This document shows, in pieces, positions 48,523 through 58,086 of a stretch of DNA of 64,000 nt (position 1 is the stretch's first letter; each line of letters begins with the position of its first letter). The notes below the pieces were generated by a model, which worked only from the letters and a program-made list of their open reading frames with translations, ran no database searches and had not been told where the DNA came from. A program made the translations under genes and the position numbers. The stretch lies in sequence record SRR31156797_1106; one strand, 5' to 3'.

Positions 48523-49482
48523 ATGACTGTTTCCGCCGAAAAAGGCAGCAAAGAACAACAGCAGTGGATATATCTCACAGGAAAAGAGATCTATCAGTTT
48601 TTTAACAAAGTCAAGGGACGGCTGCAGGGAGTAACCGTGTATGCCCTGGTAGGGAAAAGTGGTACGGGAAAGAGTTTTCGTGCTAAATTATTGGCTGAGA
48701 AAATCGGCATCCCTTATATCCTGGATGACGGTTTACTTATCCATGAGTCTACTATTTTGGCAGGCAGGTCTGCGAAGCAGGAAAAAAATTATATCAGTGC
48801 TATTAAAACAGCTCTCTTCACCGATTCCGTCCATCGCGATCAGGTAGTGGAGGCTATCCAAAAAAATAAGGTAAAAAAAATACTGCTGTTGGGCACTTCA
48901 AATAAAATGGTAGCACGATTGGCTGATCGTTTGGACTTACCTCCCATAAGTCAGATCGTCAATATCGAAGAAATTGCAAGTAAAGAAGATATCGAGAATG
49001 CTATTAAGTCAAGGTTTGAAGAAGGCAAGCATGTGATCCCTGTTCCAGCAATTGAGATTAAAAGAGATTATGCCCAGATACTTTCTGACTCAATCCGAAT
49101 TTTTTTTAAGGGGGACAAAAGTTCCAGCGGCGGGAAAAAAGCACGTTTTTTTGATAAATCTGTGGTTCAGCCAGACTTCCACAGCAGTGAAAAAACTCCT
49201 GGTAGTGTGACCATCTCCGAAGCAGCTCTCACGCAGATGATTCTGCATTGTATAGATGAATACGACAGTGAGGTTCGGGTGCGAAAGATTAAGGTGAAAA
49301 GCTCGCGTTCAGGTTACGGTATTGATCTGTATGTCAGTGTGCCTTATGGGAAAACACTCGCTGGAGGGTTGCATGAGATGCGTTCCTATATCCAGGGAAG
49401 ACTACAGCGCTACACAGGGATTATCCTTGAGTCCCTTGAGATTTCAATCGACAAAATATCTGAGAGAAAAAAGGAAGCGTAA
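48523..49482 (+). CDS. P-loop protein with C-terminal Asp23/Gls24-like domain
   Basis: GKSGTGKS Walker A, DDGLLI, GKHVIPVP, G.VTISE..L; start 48505 (TTG) or 48523. Confidence 0.7.
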   Translation: MTVSAEKGSKEQQQWIYLTGKEIYQFFNKVKGRLQGVTVYALVGKSGTGKSFRAKLLAEKIGIPYILDDGLLIHESTILAGRSAKQEKNYISAIKTALFTDSVHRDQVVEAIQKNKVKKILLLGTSNKMVARLADRLDLPPISQIVNIEEIASKEDIENAIKSRFEEGKHVIPVPAIEIKRDYAQILSDSIRIFFKGDKSSSGGKKARFFDKSVVQPDFHSSEKTPGSVTISEAALTQMILHCIDEYDSEVRVRKIKVKSSRSGYGIDLYVSVPYGKTLAGGLHEMRSYIQGRLQRYTGIILESLEISIDKISERKKEA

Positions 49483-49596
49483 GAGTAAGTATACAAAGCA
49501 TCCTTTGTCAGCACTTTCTTTGGCATACGTATTTTTACATTTTTTCATTCTATGAGACCCTTTATTTTATAACGAGTATCAACCGTTATTTATCCC

Positions 49597-49626
49597 TTGA
49601 CTGGCAGTTCGGAATGTTGTTATAAA
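49597..49626 (+). promoter_or_regulatory. sigma70-type promoter (distal) upstream of sucC
   Basis: TTGACT-18-TATAAA with TG extension. Confidence 0.5.
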
Positions 49627-49812
49627 ACTTGAGTTTTGAGTGATATTAGTAAGGATTGTGCTGGGCGTAATTTTCGATCTTGTGGGGTGAAGACGGGGTG
49701 TAACGTGCTGGATACGTCCAAAACAAAACGTCAGAAAGGAGTGTAACGTTTTGTTTTTCTTCTCTTGTAACAGGATTTCTTTTTTTGTCCCACGTCATTC
49801 TTTAGTGATCAC

Positions 49813-49841
49813 TTGACTCGGACTCGGCAATTGGAGATAAG
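49813..49841 (+). promoter_or_regulatory. possible second sigma70 promoter upstream of sucC
   Basis: TTGACT-17-GATAAG; context ATCACTTGACTCG identical to the MFS proximal promoter. Confidence 0.4.
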
Positions 49842-50339
49842 TGCTGAGTTTTGAGTGGTTTTTTCGGATATGGCAGCGGTAAAATGAACGTTGGTGAAAG
49901 GATAACTCTATTTTTCGGAGACCTTTCTAACGTGGGACAATCCCGGATTTTTGCATCATGCATAAATCTTCACAGTTTTTTCGCCTTCAACATTTTCTGA
50001 AAAACGGTCGTTTGTGTAGCTAATGGTGAGCCTTTCACATTGAAGGGCAGTCTGTCTTACCTTGTATGCAATGTGATTTTATGGAAAACTGTTGGCTTTC
50101 GCATGAATGAGGCCCCATTCAGAGTGTTGTCACGTTTGAAGAATTGCCGGCCAAGGGAGGTGAACATGGTTTCATGGTTACCATACTGTTTTCGGTATTT
50201 GCCGAATCCATCCCCGGAAAAGCGAGTGATATTCACTTGGAACTCGTAGTAGTGGTGTTTATTAGGAATTTGAAACAACTTTACTTCTCTAGGAGACCGC
50301 CCGTCGATTACGAACGGTACTCCGCAAAAGGATGCGTCT

Positions 50340-51497
50340 ATGAAAATTCATGAGTATCAGGCCAAGGAATTATTCCGGAAATACAATGTACCGACCCCTA
50401 ATGGCAAGGTCGCTTACAAGACAGAAGAAGTCGAGAAAATTGCGGACGAATTTGGACTCCCTGTAGTTGTAAAGGCCCAGGTTCATGCAGGTGGTCGTGG
50501 TAAAGGCGGCGGTGTAAAGCTTGCTAAAACCAAAGAAGATGTGAAAACAGTTTCTGATGAAATTATTGGCATGACCCTTGTTACCAAGCAGACTGGTGCT
50601 GAAGGTAAAAAGGTAACCAAGGTGTTGGTTGAGCAGGGTGTGAGCATTAAGAAGGAACTCTACCTTTCTGTAATCCCAGATCGTGAAACTTGCTCTGTGG
50701 CTATTGTTTGCAGTCAAGACGGTGGTATGGATATCGAGGAAGTTGCTGCTAAGACTCCTGAGCGTATCATCACTGTTAATATCAGCCCTACCACAGGTGT
50801 TCAGCCTTTCCACATGCGTCAGGTCTGTTTTGGTCTTGAGCTCCCTAAAGAGCTGATGAAGCCAATGTCAGCAATAGTCAAAAATCTCTATAATCTGTTT
50901 GTAGACTATGATTGTTCCATGTTGGAAATCAATCCTCTGATCATTACAGGTGAAGACGACATCGTCGCGCTTGATGCTAAAATTGATGTTGACGGAAACG
51001 CCATGTATCGTCATGCAGATGTAAAAGAAATGCATGATCCTGAAGAAGAAGATCCAATCGAACTTGAAGCAAGTGGGCATGGGCTTAATTATATCAATCT
51101 TGACGGTAACGTAGGTAACATCGTTAACGGTGCAGGACTTGCCATGGCTACTATGGATATCGTCAAGATGGCAGGAGCTTCTCCAGCAAACTTCCTTGAC
51201 GTAGGAGGCGGAGCAAATGCTGAGGCCATTGAAAACGGTTTCCGTCTTATCATGAGTGATGATAATGTAAAAGGTATTCTGATTAATGTTTTCGGTGGTA
51301 TCCTTCGTTGCGATGTCCTGGCACAGGGTGTTGTTCAGGCGGCTACCAAACTTGGCCTCTCTGTACCTGTTGTAGTCCGTATGGAAGGAACAAATGTTGA
51401 AGAAGGCCGCAAGATCCTTGCAGACTCCGGTCTTGACCTTGTCAACGCCGTTGACCTTGCTGATGCAGCCGAAAAGGTAGCGGCACTTGTAGCCTGA
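50340..51497 (+). CDS. sucC: succinyl-CoA synthetase beta subunit
   Basis: IHEYQAK, KAQVHAGGRGKGGGV, EINPL, NGAGLAMATMD, NFLDVGG. Confidence 0.96.
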   Translation: MKIHEYQAKELFRKYNVPTPNGKVAYKTEEVEKIADEFGLPVVVKAQVHAGGRGKGGGVKLAKTKEDVKTVSDEIIGMTLVTKQTGAEGKKVTKVLVEQGVSIKKELYLSVIPDRETCSVAIVCSQDGGMDIEEVAAKTPERIITVNISPTTGVQPFHMRQVCFGLELPKELMKPMSAIVKNLYNLFVDYDCSMLEINPLIITGEDDIVALDAKIDVDGNAMYRHADVKEMHDPEEEDPIELEASGHGLNYINLDGNVGNIVNGAGLAMATMDIVKMAGASPANFLDVGGGANAEAIENGFRLIMSDDNVKGILINVFGGILRCDVLAQGVVQAATKLGLSVPVVVRMEGTNVEEGRKILADSGLDLVNAVDLADAAEKVAALVA

Positions 51498-51604
51498 TAT
51501 AACGAGTGCTCTTCGTTTGTCTCTCCAATTGAGAATGCGAAAGAGGAGAGAAAAGATAAACTCGAATTCAACGGAATTATCAAATAGATCCATAGAGGAA
51601 TACA

Positions 51605-52471
51605 ATGAGCGTTTTCGTAAATAAAGACACCCGTTTACTTGTACAAGGTATTACCGGTCAAGAAGGCCAGTTTCATGCACGGTCCTGTATCGCATATGGA
51701 ACCAAAGTCGTTGCCGGTGTAACTCCCGGTAAAGGCGGTCAGAAGATGGATGATGTGCCCATCTACAATTCAGTAAAAGAAGCACGCGCAGCATCAGGAG
51801 CTAATGCTTCAATGATTCTTGTTCCACCCCCATTTGCAGCCGATGCCATCATGGAAGCTGCAGACGCAGGAATCGAGCTTGTTATCTGCATCACGGAAGG
51901 AATTCCGGTTATGGATATGATGCGGGTAAAGAATTATTTGGCAACAAAAACAACACGCCTTATCGGACCTAACTGCCCAGGTATCATGACTCCTGGTGAG
52001 TGTAAAATCGGAATTATGCCCAACACCATGGGTAAGCCAGGTAACGTAGGTGTTGTTTCCCGCTCCGGTACCCTGACCTATGAAGCAGTTCACCAGCTTA
52101 CCATGGTTGGTTTCGGCCAGACCACCTGCATCGGTATTGGTGGTGATCCTATCAATGGCACCAACTTCATCGATTGTCTTGAAGCATTTGACGCTGATCC
52201 TGAAACAAAAGCCATCGTAATGATTGGCGAGATTGGTGGTAATGCAGAAGAGGATGCCTGTGACTGGATTAAAGCCAACACAGATAAACCGGTAGTTGGT
52301 TTTGTTGCCGGACTTACAGCTCCTCCAGGCCGTCGTATGGGTCATGCCGGTGCGATCGTAAGTGGCGGAAAGGGAACTGCCGAAGCCAAGATTGAAGCAA
52401 TGAAGAACAGTGGTGTTCATCATTGTGAGAACCTTGGTAAAATGGGCGATCTTTGTAAAAAAGTTTTCTGA
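51605..52471 (+). CDS. sucD: succinyl-CoA synthetase alpha subunit
   Basis: [34 protein letters not shown]. Confidence 0.96.
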   Translation: MSVFVNKDTRLLVQGITGQEGQFHARSCIAYGTKVVAGVTPGKGGQKMDDVPIYNSVKEARAASGANASMILVPPPFAADAIMEAADAGIELVICITEGIPVMDMMRVKNYLATKTTRLIGPNCPGIMTPGECKIGIMPNTMGKPGNVGVVSRSGTLTYEAVHQLTMVGFGQTTCIGIGGDPINGTNFIDCLEAFDADPETKAIVMIGEIGGNAEEDACDWIKANTDKPVVGFVAGLTAPPGRRMGHAGAIVSGGKGTAEAKIEAMKNSGVHHCENLGKMGDLCKKVF

Positions 52472-52490
52472 TCCTTTGATTTACCAATAG

Positions 52491-52528
52491 ACAGTGGCGG
52501 TGATCGTTTCTCCGGTTACTGCCACTGT
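52491..52528 (+). other. intergenic RNA hairpin after sucD
   Basis: 16-bp stem acagtggcggtgatcg/cggttactgccactgt; all three deviations are G-U compatible on the + strand; no U-tract. Confidence 0.6.
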
Positions 52529-52580
52529 GCTAATAGTTGAAGTACGGAATCATCACTGAATTCTGCAGCAAGGAGACAGC

Positions 52581-54137
52581 ATGAGTAGTACAACAAAAGA
52601 AAAATTGGAAGAGCTGAAAAAGCGCAGAGCAAAAGCACTTCTCGGTGGCGGCCAGGACAAGATTGACAAGATTCACGCCAAAGGTAAGAAAACAGCGCGT
52701 GAAAGAATCAATCAACTTGTTGATCCGGGTTCTTTCGAGGAATACGATTGTTTCAAACTCCACCGATGTGTCAATTTCGGAATGGAGAAAATAAAGTTTG
52801 CCGGTGATGGTATTGTAACTGGTTGTGGCAAAATTAATGGTCGTCCAGTGTATATCTATGCCCAGGACTTTTCCGTTTTGGCCGGTTCCCTTTCCGAAAC
52901 CCTTGCTGAGAAGATCGTCAAGGTTATGGAACTCGGGATGAAGAACGGTATTCCTGTAATTGGTTTGAACGATTCAGGTGGCGCCCGTATTCAGGAAGGT
53001 ATCGAAGCTCTGCGCGGTTATACCGACATCTTTTTGAGAAACATTTTAGCTTCTGGTGTTGTTCCGCAGATTTCAGGCGTTTTCGGTCCTTGTGCCGGTG
53101 GAGCTGTGTATTCACCTGCCCTTACCGATTTCATCATTCAGGTCAAAGAGCAGTCCTATATGTTCTTGACTGGACCAAAGGTTGTTAAAACAGTACTTAA
53201 CGAAGATGTTACCGTTGAGCAGCTCGGTGGTGCATCCATGCATACCACCAAGTCAGGTGTTACTGACCACGGCGCAGAGAATGAAGATGACGCCATCTTG
53301 TACATTCAGAATCTGCTTTCTTATTTGCCTCAGAACAATATGGAAGATCCGCCAGACGCAGAGTGTGATGATCCAATCATGCGTCGCTCGGACTCACTTA
53401 ACGAGATCATTCCGGACAATCCCAACGCAGCTTATGACATTAAAGATGTCATTAAAGAGACAGTCGATAACGGTGTTTTCTTTGAAATTAAAGAAAATTT
53501 CGCACCTAATATCGTCGTTGGCTTTGCTCGTTATGGTGGAAAGAGTGTTGGTATAGTAGCTAACCAGCCTTCATATTATGCGGGTGTTCTTGATAGTGAT
53601 TCTTCTGTCAAAGGTGCTCGGTTTGTTCGTTTCTGTGATTGTTTCAATATTCCTGTCATTACCTTTGTTGATGTACCGGGATTTCTTCCAGGTACCGACC
53701 AGGAGTTCAACGGTGTTATTCGACATGGTGCCAAGCTCATGTATGCATATGGAGAGGCAACCGTTCCGAAGATCACCATTATTACTCGTAAAGCGTATGG
53801 TGGAGCATACTGTGTTATGTCTTCCAAACACCTGCGTTGCGACGTCAACTATTCTTGGCCTACCGGTGAGATTGCAGTTATGGGTGGCAAGGGTGCAGTT
53901 GAAGTCCTTTATGCTCGTGCAGCGAAGAAAGAAGACGATCCGGCAGCATTTCTTGCAGAAAAAGAGAACGAGTATACAACTAACTTCTCTAATCCGTATT
54001 GTGCGGCTGAACGTGGTTATATTGATGACGTTATCGAACCTGCTGAGACTCGTTCACGCATCATTAATGCCTTGGCATCTATCGGCGGTAAACGCGATAC
54101 CAACCCTGCGAAAAAGCACGGCAATATTCCTCTGTAG
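52581..54137 (+). CDS. acyl-CoA carboxyltransferase (transcarboxylase 12S / MmdA / PccB family)
   Basis: [46 protein letters not shown]. Confidence 0.93.
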   Translation: MSSTTKEKLEELKKRRAKALLGGGQDKIDKIHAKGKKTARERINQLVDPGSFEEYDCFKLHRCVNFGMEKIKFAGDGIVTGCGKINGRPVYIYAQDFSVLAGSLSETLAEKIVKVMELGMKNGIPVIGLNDSGGARIQEGIEALRGYTDIFLRNILASGVVPQISGVFGPCAGGAVYSPALTDFIIQVKEQSYMFLTGPKVVKTVLNEDVTVEQLGGASMHTTKSGVTDHGAENEDDAILYIQNLLSYLPQNNMEDPPDAECDDPIMRRSDSLNEIIPDNPNAAYDIKDVIKETVDNGVFFEIKENFAPNIVVGFARYGGKSVGIVANQPSYYAGVLDSDSSVKGARFVRFCDCFNIPVITFVDVPGFLPGTDQEFNGVIRHGAKLMYAYGEATVPKITIITRKAYGGAYCVMSSKHLRCDVNYSWPTGEIAVMGGKGAVEVLYARAAKKEDDPAAFLAEKENEYTTNFSNPYCAAERGYIDDVIEPAETRSRIINALASIGGKRDTNPAKKHGNIPL

Positions 54138-54192
54138 GATAGATGGTTTTCGTCCTTAGTGAATGGAAATGCAGTGGAAAATTTAATTATCA

Positions 54193-54402
54193 ATGGGTGA
54201 TATGATGGCAAAAAAGAGCGTAAAAATGGCAGCGGCTCTTGCGGCAGTGAATGCTTACCTGCAACAGGAAGCAGAAGCTGCATATCTTGAGCAGCAGGCT
54301 GCAGCTGCAGCGGCTGTGAAGGCCGGACCTAACATATGGGCAATTAGTGGACGACAAGAGATGATGTCCATGCGTAGAATGTTGCAATTAAGAGTATTTT
54401 AA
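54193..54402 (+). CDS. small Ala-rich accessory subunit of the carboxyltransferase complex (putative)
   Basis: AAALAAV.AYL...W..SGR; sits between carboxyltransferase and 5S/biotin genes; start could be 54202 or 54205. Confidence 0.7.
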   Translation: MGDMMAKKSVKMAAALAAVNAYLQQEAEAAYLEQQAAAAAAVKAGPNIWAISGRQEMMSMRRMLQLRVF

Positions 54403-54461
54403 TAGCTTCCCCATAGATTTCGAATTTTAATGACCAAGAATTATTAGAGGAGAAACAAGCA

Positions 54462-56432
54462 ATGAGCGACCAAGTGAAAACGACCGCCATGAATTACGAT
54501 GCTGATCGTCCAGCAGCGGAAAATCCTGTAAAAGTTATGGATCTCAGTCTTCGTGATGGACACCAGTCTCTGTTCGCTACTCGCGGACGTACTGAAGATA
54601 TGATTCCTGTGGCGGAAATGATGGATGAGGTTGGCTTTTGGGCAATCGAAACCTGGGGTGGCGCTACCTTTGATACCATGCATCGTTTCTTGAACGAAGA
54701 TCCATGGGAACGTCTGCGTACTTTGAAGCGTTACATTAAGAAAACTCCTTTCTCCATGTTGCTTCGCGCGCAGAACCTGGTTGGATATCGTAACTATGCA
54801 GACGATCTTGCACTTGCTTTTGTAGATCGTGCAGCTGAGAACGGCATGGATATTTTCCGTACCTTTGATGCACTCAACGATTACCGTAACTTTGAAACTG
54901 TTGTAAAGCAGATCAAAGCATCTGGTAAACACTTTCAAGGCTGTATTTGTTACACACTGACCGAGCCTCGTCTTGGTGGTGAGCTTTATAATATTGATTA
55001 CTACGTTAACAAAGCCAAAGACCTCGATTCAATGGGTGCAGATTCTATCTGTATCAAGGATATGGCTGGTCTTATTGCTCCTTACGATGCATATGCTATT
55101 GTTAAGGCAATCAAAGAAAATACAGATACACCTGTTCATCTGCACAGTCACTTCACTTCAGGTATGTCTCCGATGAGTCACCTGAAAGCAATCGAAGCTG
55201 GTGTTGATATTATTGATACCTGTATGTCTCCATATGCGTACCGCACATCTCATGCTGCACTGGAGCCATTTGTTATGTCACTTATTGGTACAAATCGTGA
55301 CACCGGTTTTGATATTAAGAAACTTGCAGCAATTAATGAAGTATTTGAAAAAGAAGTTATGCCTAAGTACAAGCACCTGGCTGACGACTCCAAATTCTCC
55401 ATTACTGATATCAACGTACTGCTCCACCAGACTCCTGGTGGTATGCTGTCTAACCTTGTTAACCAGCTCCGTGAAATGGATGCACTTGACAAGATTGATA
55501 ACGTATACAAAGAACTGCCTATCGTTCGTAAAGAACTTGGTCAGATTCCGCTTGTTACACCTACAAGCCAGATCGTTGGTATCCAGACTGTTAATAACGT
55601 ACTGTTTGATACCGAAGATGAACGTTACAAGATGATTACCGCTCAGGTAAAAGATCTTTGCTACGGTCTGTATGGTAAGACTGCTGTACCTATTGATGCT
55701 GAAGTACAGAAGAAAGCACTCAAAGGCTATGATCGTGGTGAAGAACCTATCACCTGCCGTCCTGCGGAAGTGCTTGAGCCTGAGATGGAGAAGGCAAAAG
55801 AAGAAATCGGCGATCTTGCAAAAGATATCGACGATCTCGTACTTTATGCGATCTATCCTGTAACAGGTAAGAAGTTCCTTGAGTGGAAGTACGGTGTTGC
55901 TGAGCCACCTGAAGAGGTACGCGCACTTACCATGGCAGAAGTTGAAGCCAAGGACGCATTGATTGCAAAGGCTAAAGCTGGTGAGTTGCTTGAGGCCAAG
56001 CCTGAGACCCCAGAAAAAACCGGTAACCTTAGAACATTCAACGTTTTTGTTGATGGCGAGTACTTCAACGTAGAAGTTGATCCGACCGGTGATGTTCCTG
56101 TGATGGCAGCACCTGCAGCAGCTCCTGCTGCTAAACCAGCCGCCGCTGCAGCTCCAGCAGCAGCAGCAGCTCCAGCAGCAGCTCCAGCAGCAGCACCAGC
56201 ACCGATTGCAGTTGAAGGCGGAACACCTTTAACCGCTCCTATGCCTGGTCTGATCATCAAGTATGAAGTAAATGTTGGTGATACTGTAAGCGCTGGTGAC
56301 ACAGTTGTAGTACTTGAAGCTATGAAGATGGAAAACGCCCTTGCAGCACCATGTGATGGCGAAGTAAAAGCTCTTGGCTTTGCCTCCGGTGATACAGTTG
56401 TTAAAGACGCTGTATTGGCTGTTTTTGGCTAA
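54462..56432 (+). CDS. pyruvate/oxaloacetate carboxyltransferase (5S/OadA/PycB family) fused to biotin carrier
   Basis: RDGHQS, GGATFD, IKDMAG, H.H.H, LVTPTSQIVG, Ala/Pro linker, EAMKM. Confidence 0.93.
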   Translation: MSDQVKTTAMNYDADRPAAENPVKVMDLSLRDGHQSLFATRGRTEDMIPVAEMMDEVGFWAIETWGGATFDTMHRFLNEDPWERLRTLKRYIKKTPFSMLLRAQNLVGYRNYADDLALAFVDRAAENGMDIFRTFDALNDYRNFETVVKQIKASGKHFQGCICYTLTEPRLGGELYNIDYYVNKAKDLDSMGADSICIKDMAGLIAPYDAYAIVKAIKENTDTPVHLHSHFTSGMSPMSHLKAIEAGVDIIDTCMSPYAYRTSHAALEPFVMSLIGTNRDTGFDIKKLAAINEVFEKEVMPKYKHLADDSKFSITDINVLLHQTPGGMLSNLVNQLREMDALDKIDNVYKELPIVRKELGQIPLVTPTSQIVGIQTVNNVLFDTEDERYKMITAQVKDLCYGLYGKTAVPIDAEVQKKALKGYDRGEEPITCRPAEVLEPEMEKAKEEIGDLAKDIDDLVLYAIYPVTGKKFLEWKYGVAEPPEEVRALTMAEVEAKDALIAKAKAGELLEAKPETPEKTGNLRTFNVFVDGEYFNVEVDPTGDVPVMAAPAAAPAAKPAAAAAPAAAAAPAAAPAAAPAPIAVEGGTPLTAPMPGLIIKYEVNVGDTVSAGDTVVVLEAMKMENALAAPCDGEVKALGFASGDTVVKDAVLAVFG

Positions 56433-56453
56433 TTCGCAGTAACCAAGCAGAAT

Positions 56454-56491
56454 AAAAAAAGGGGTGCTCCATGGAGTACCCCTTTTTTTTT
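56454..56491. terminator. bidirectional intrinsic terminator
   Basis: A7-ggggtgctcc-at-ggagtacccc-T9 between convergent genes. Confidence 0.9.
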
Positions 56492-56515
56492 GAGTCAACA
56501 GACCAGAAACTTTAT

Positions 56516-57430
56516 TTAAATAAGTTCCAGGTGTTTAGCCTGATTCCAGAGGTTGGTTGCAAGACGAACTGTTGCCTGATCCACCATGCGGCCATCTACC
56601 GCAATAGCCCCCTTACCTTTTGCCTTTGCCTCTTCGTTGGCATCCAATACTTTTCGAGCAAGATCTATATCCTCCTGTGCAGGAGTAAATACATCATTTA
56701 TCACATCAACTTGACCAGGATGAATGGCCCACTTCCCATCACACCCCAAGGCACAGGCCATGACAGCAGAACGTCGTAATCCTTCAAGATCTTTAAAGTT
56801 TCCGTAAGGTGCATCAATAGCAAGGGTTGTATTTGCCTTGGCAGTCATAACCATTTTACTTAGTGGAAAGTGCCATCTGTGGCCAGGATAGAGGTCCTCT
56901 TCTTTTTCGCCATGACCTGAGATAGAAACAAGGCGTGCGCCAATGGATGCAGAATAGTCAGCTATCCCAAAAACGAGAGATGCAACTCTTTGGCTTGCCG
57001 CGGCAATTTCTCCTGCTGCTTGGAGGCCTTCTGCAGTTTCAATGGACGCCTCTATCCCTATGGGGTCAGAGATGTCTTTGCTCAGCTCTATACCGTTAAG
57101 CAAATGGTCAGCAAAATAGATATCACTTGGATGGTTTACTTTTGGAATAACAATGGCGTCAATGATGTGCCCACAGTTTTCCGCAACCTCCAGTAAATCG
57201 CGGTACGCAAAAGGAGTGTCAAGACTGTTTATCCTCACTGTCACCGTACTGTTACTCCAATCTAGCTGGCTGAGAGAATCTATTACTTGGTCCCGTGCCT
57301 GTTCTTTGCTGTCAACCGGGACGCTGTCTTCAAGGTCGAGCATTATTACATCGGCAGCACTGTTGGCTGCCTTTGCATGCATTTTTTTAACATGACCGGG
57401 CACTGAAAGGTTTGATCGTCTTGGTTTCAT
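56516..57430 (-). CDS. CitE-family CoA-ester lyase (HpcH/HpaI fold)
   Basis: RRS.L.VPG, DLEDSV, VRIN, IETA.G, G..D, GKWAIHP.Q, G.MVD; GAGG RBS before 57430. Confidence 0.9.
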   Translation of the reverse strand: MKPRRSNLSVPGHVKKMHAKAANSAADVIMLDLEDSVPVDSKEQARDQVIDSLSQLDWSNSTVTVRINSLDTPFAYRDLLEVAENCGHIIDAIVIPKVNHPSDIYFADHLLNGIELSKDISDPIGIEASIETAEGLQAAGEIAAASQRVASLVFGIADYSASIGARLVSISGHGEKEEDLYPGHRWHFPLSKMVMTAKANTTLAIDAPYGNFKDLEGLRRSAVMACALGCDGKWAIHPGQVDVINDVFTPAQEDIDLARKVLDANEEAKAKGKGAIAVDGRMVDQATVRLATNLWNQAKHLELI

Positions 57431-58086
57431 ATACACCTCATGGTAAGCTAAATTATTGGTTGAAAAAAGAAGATACACATATCAAATTATATTAATAAGC
57501 TACCATATCAGTGGTGCCTCTTCCTGTTAAGAAAATTATCTCGAGAATCGACATCATCGAGTTGTCAGGACGTCTTCCGTTACCATCACTTCTAAGTCCT
57601 TCGTCCAGTTATGGTAAAGAAACACTTTTTCACCTCGCATTACCCTATCTTCGAATTTTAGCTATTTAGTTATTGTTGGGCCAGCTTTCGCAAGAGCGCT
57701 GCTCTCAGTGGAAAGAGACTTAAAAGAGAAATTATATTTTTCTGTTATGTACATCCTGGATGGGCATGGATTGCAATGGATGGAGAGGGGTAAGCTTTTG
57801 AACGTCAGATTTTACCCCGGGCAGGATTGCATTTGGTATCTTGAACTCCACCTAAAAACACGAACAGAGGAGAAACAATATACTCAATTTACCAAGAGGC
57901 ATGATTGAACATGTTGGGTGGTATGAAGTTATTCTCTTTGAGGCTTGCTTAAGGACAACTTACTTCTTGGACGCAACCACCACTAAACAATTGCATCGAA
58001 GGGGGCGGTTATCTTTTCTTTGCAAGGAGCAATGAGGAAAAGAGTTTTAAACGATATCGATAAAGACTTTACTGACAACAGTTGCT

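Noticed and set aside
56104..56205. GCA/GCTCCA tandem-like repeats
   Set aside because: Encodes the normal Ala/Pro hinge before a biotinyl domain; not a VNTR system or CRISPR.
57480..58080. Short ORFs (57708-57908, 57901-58035) in a 600-bp gap
   Set aside because: No recognisable similarity or convincing translation signals; cannot be supported from sequence alone.
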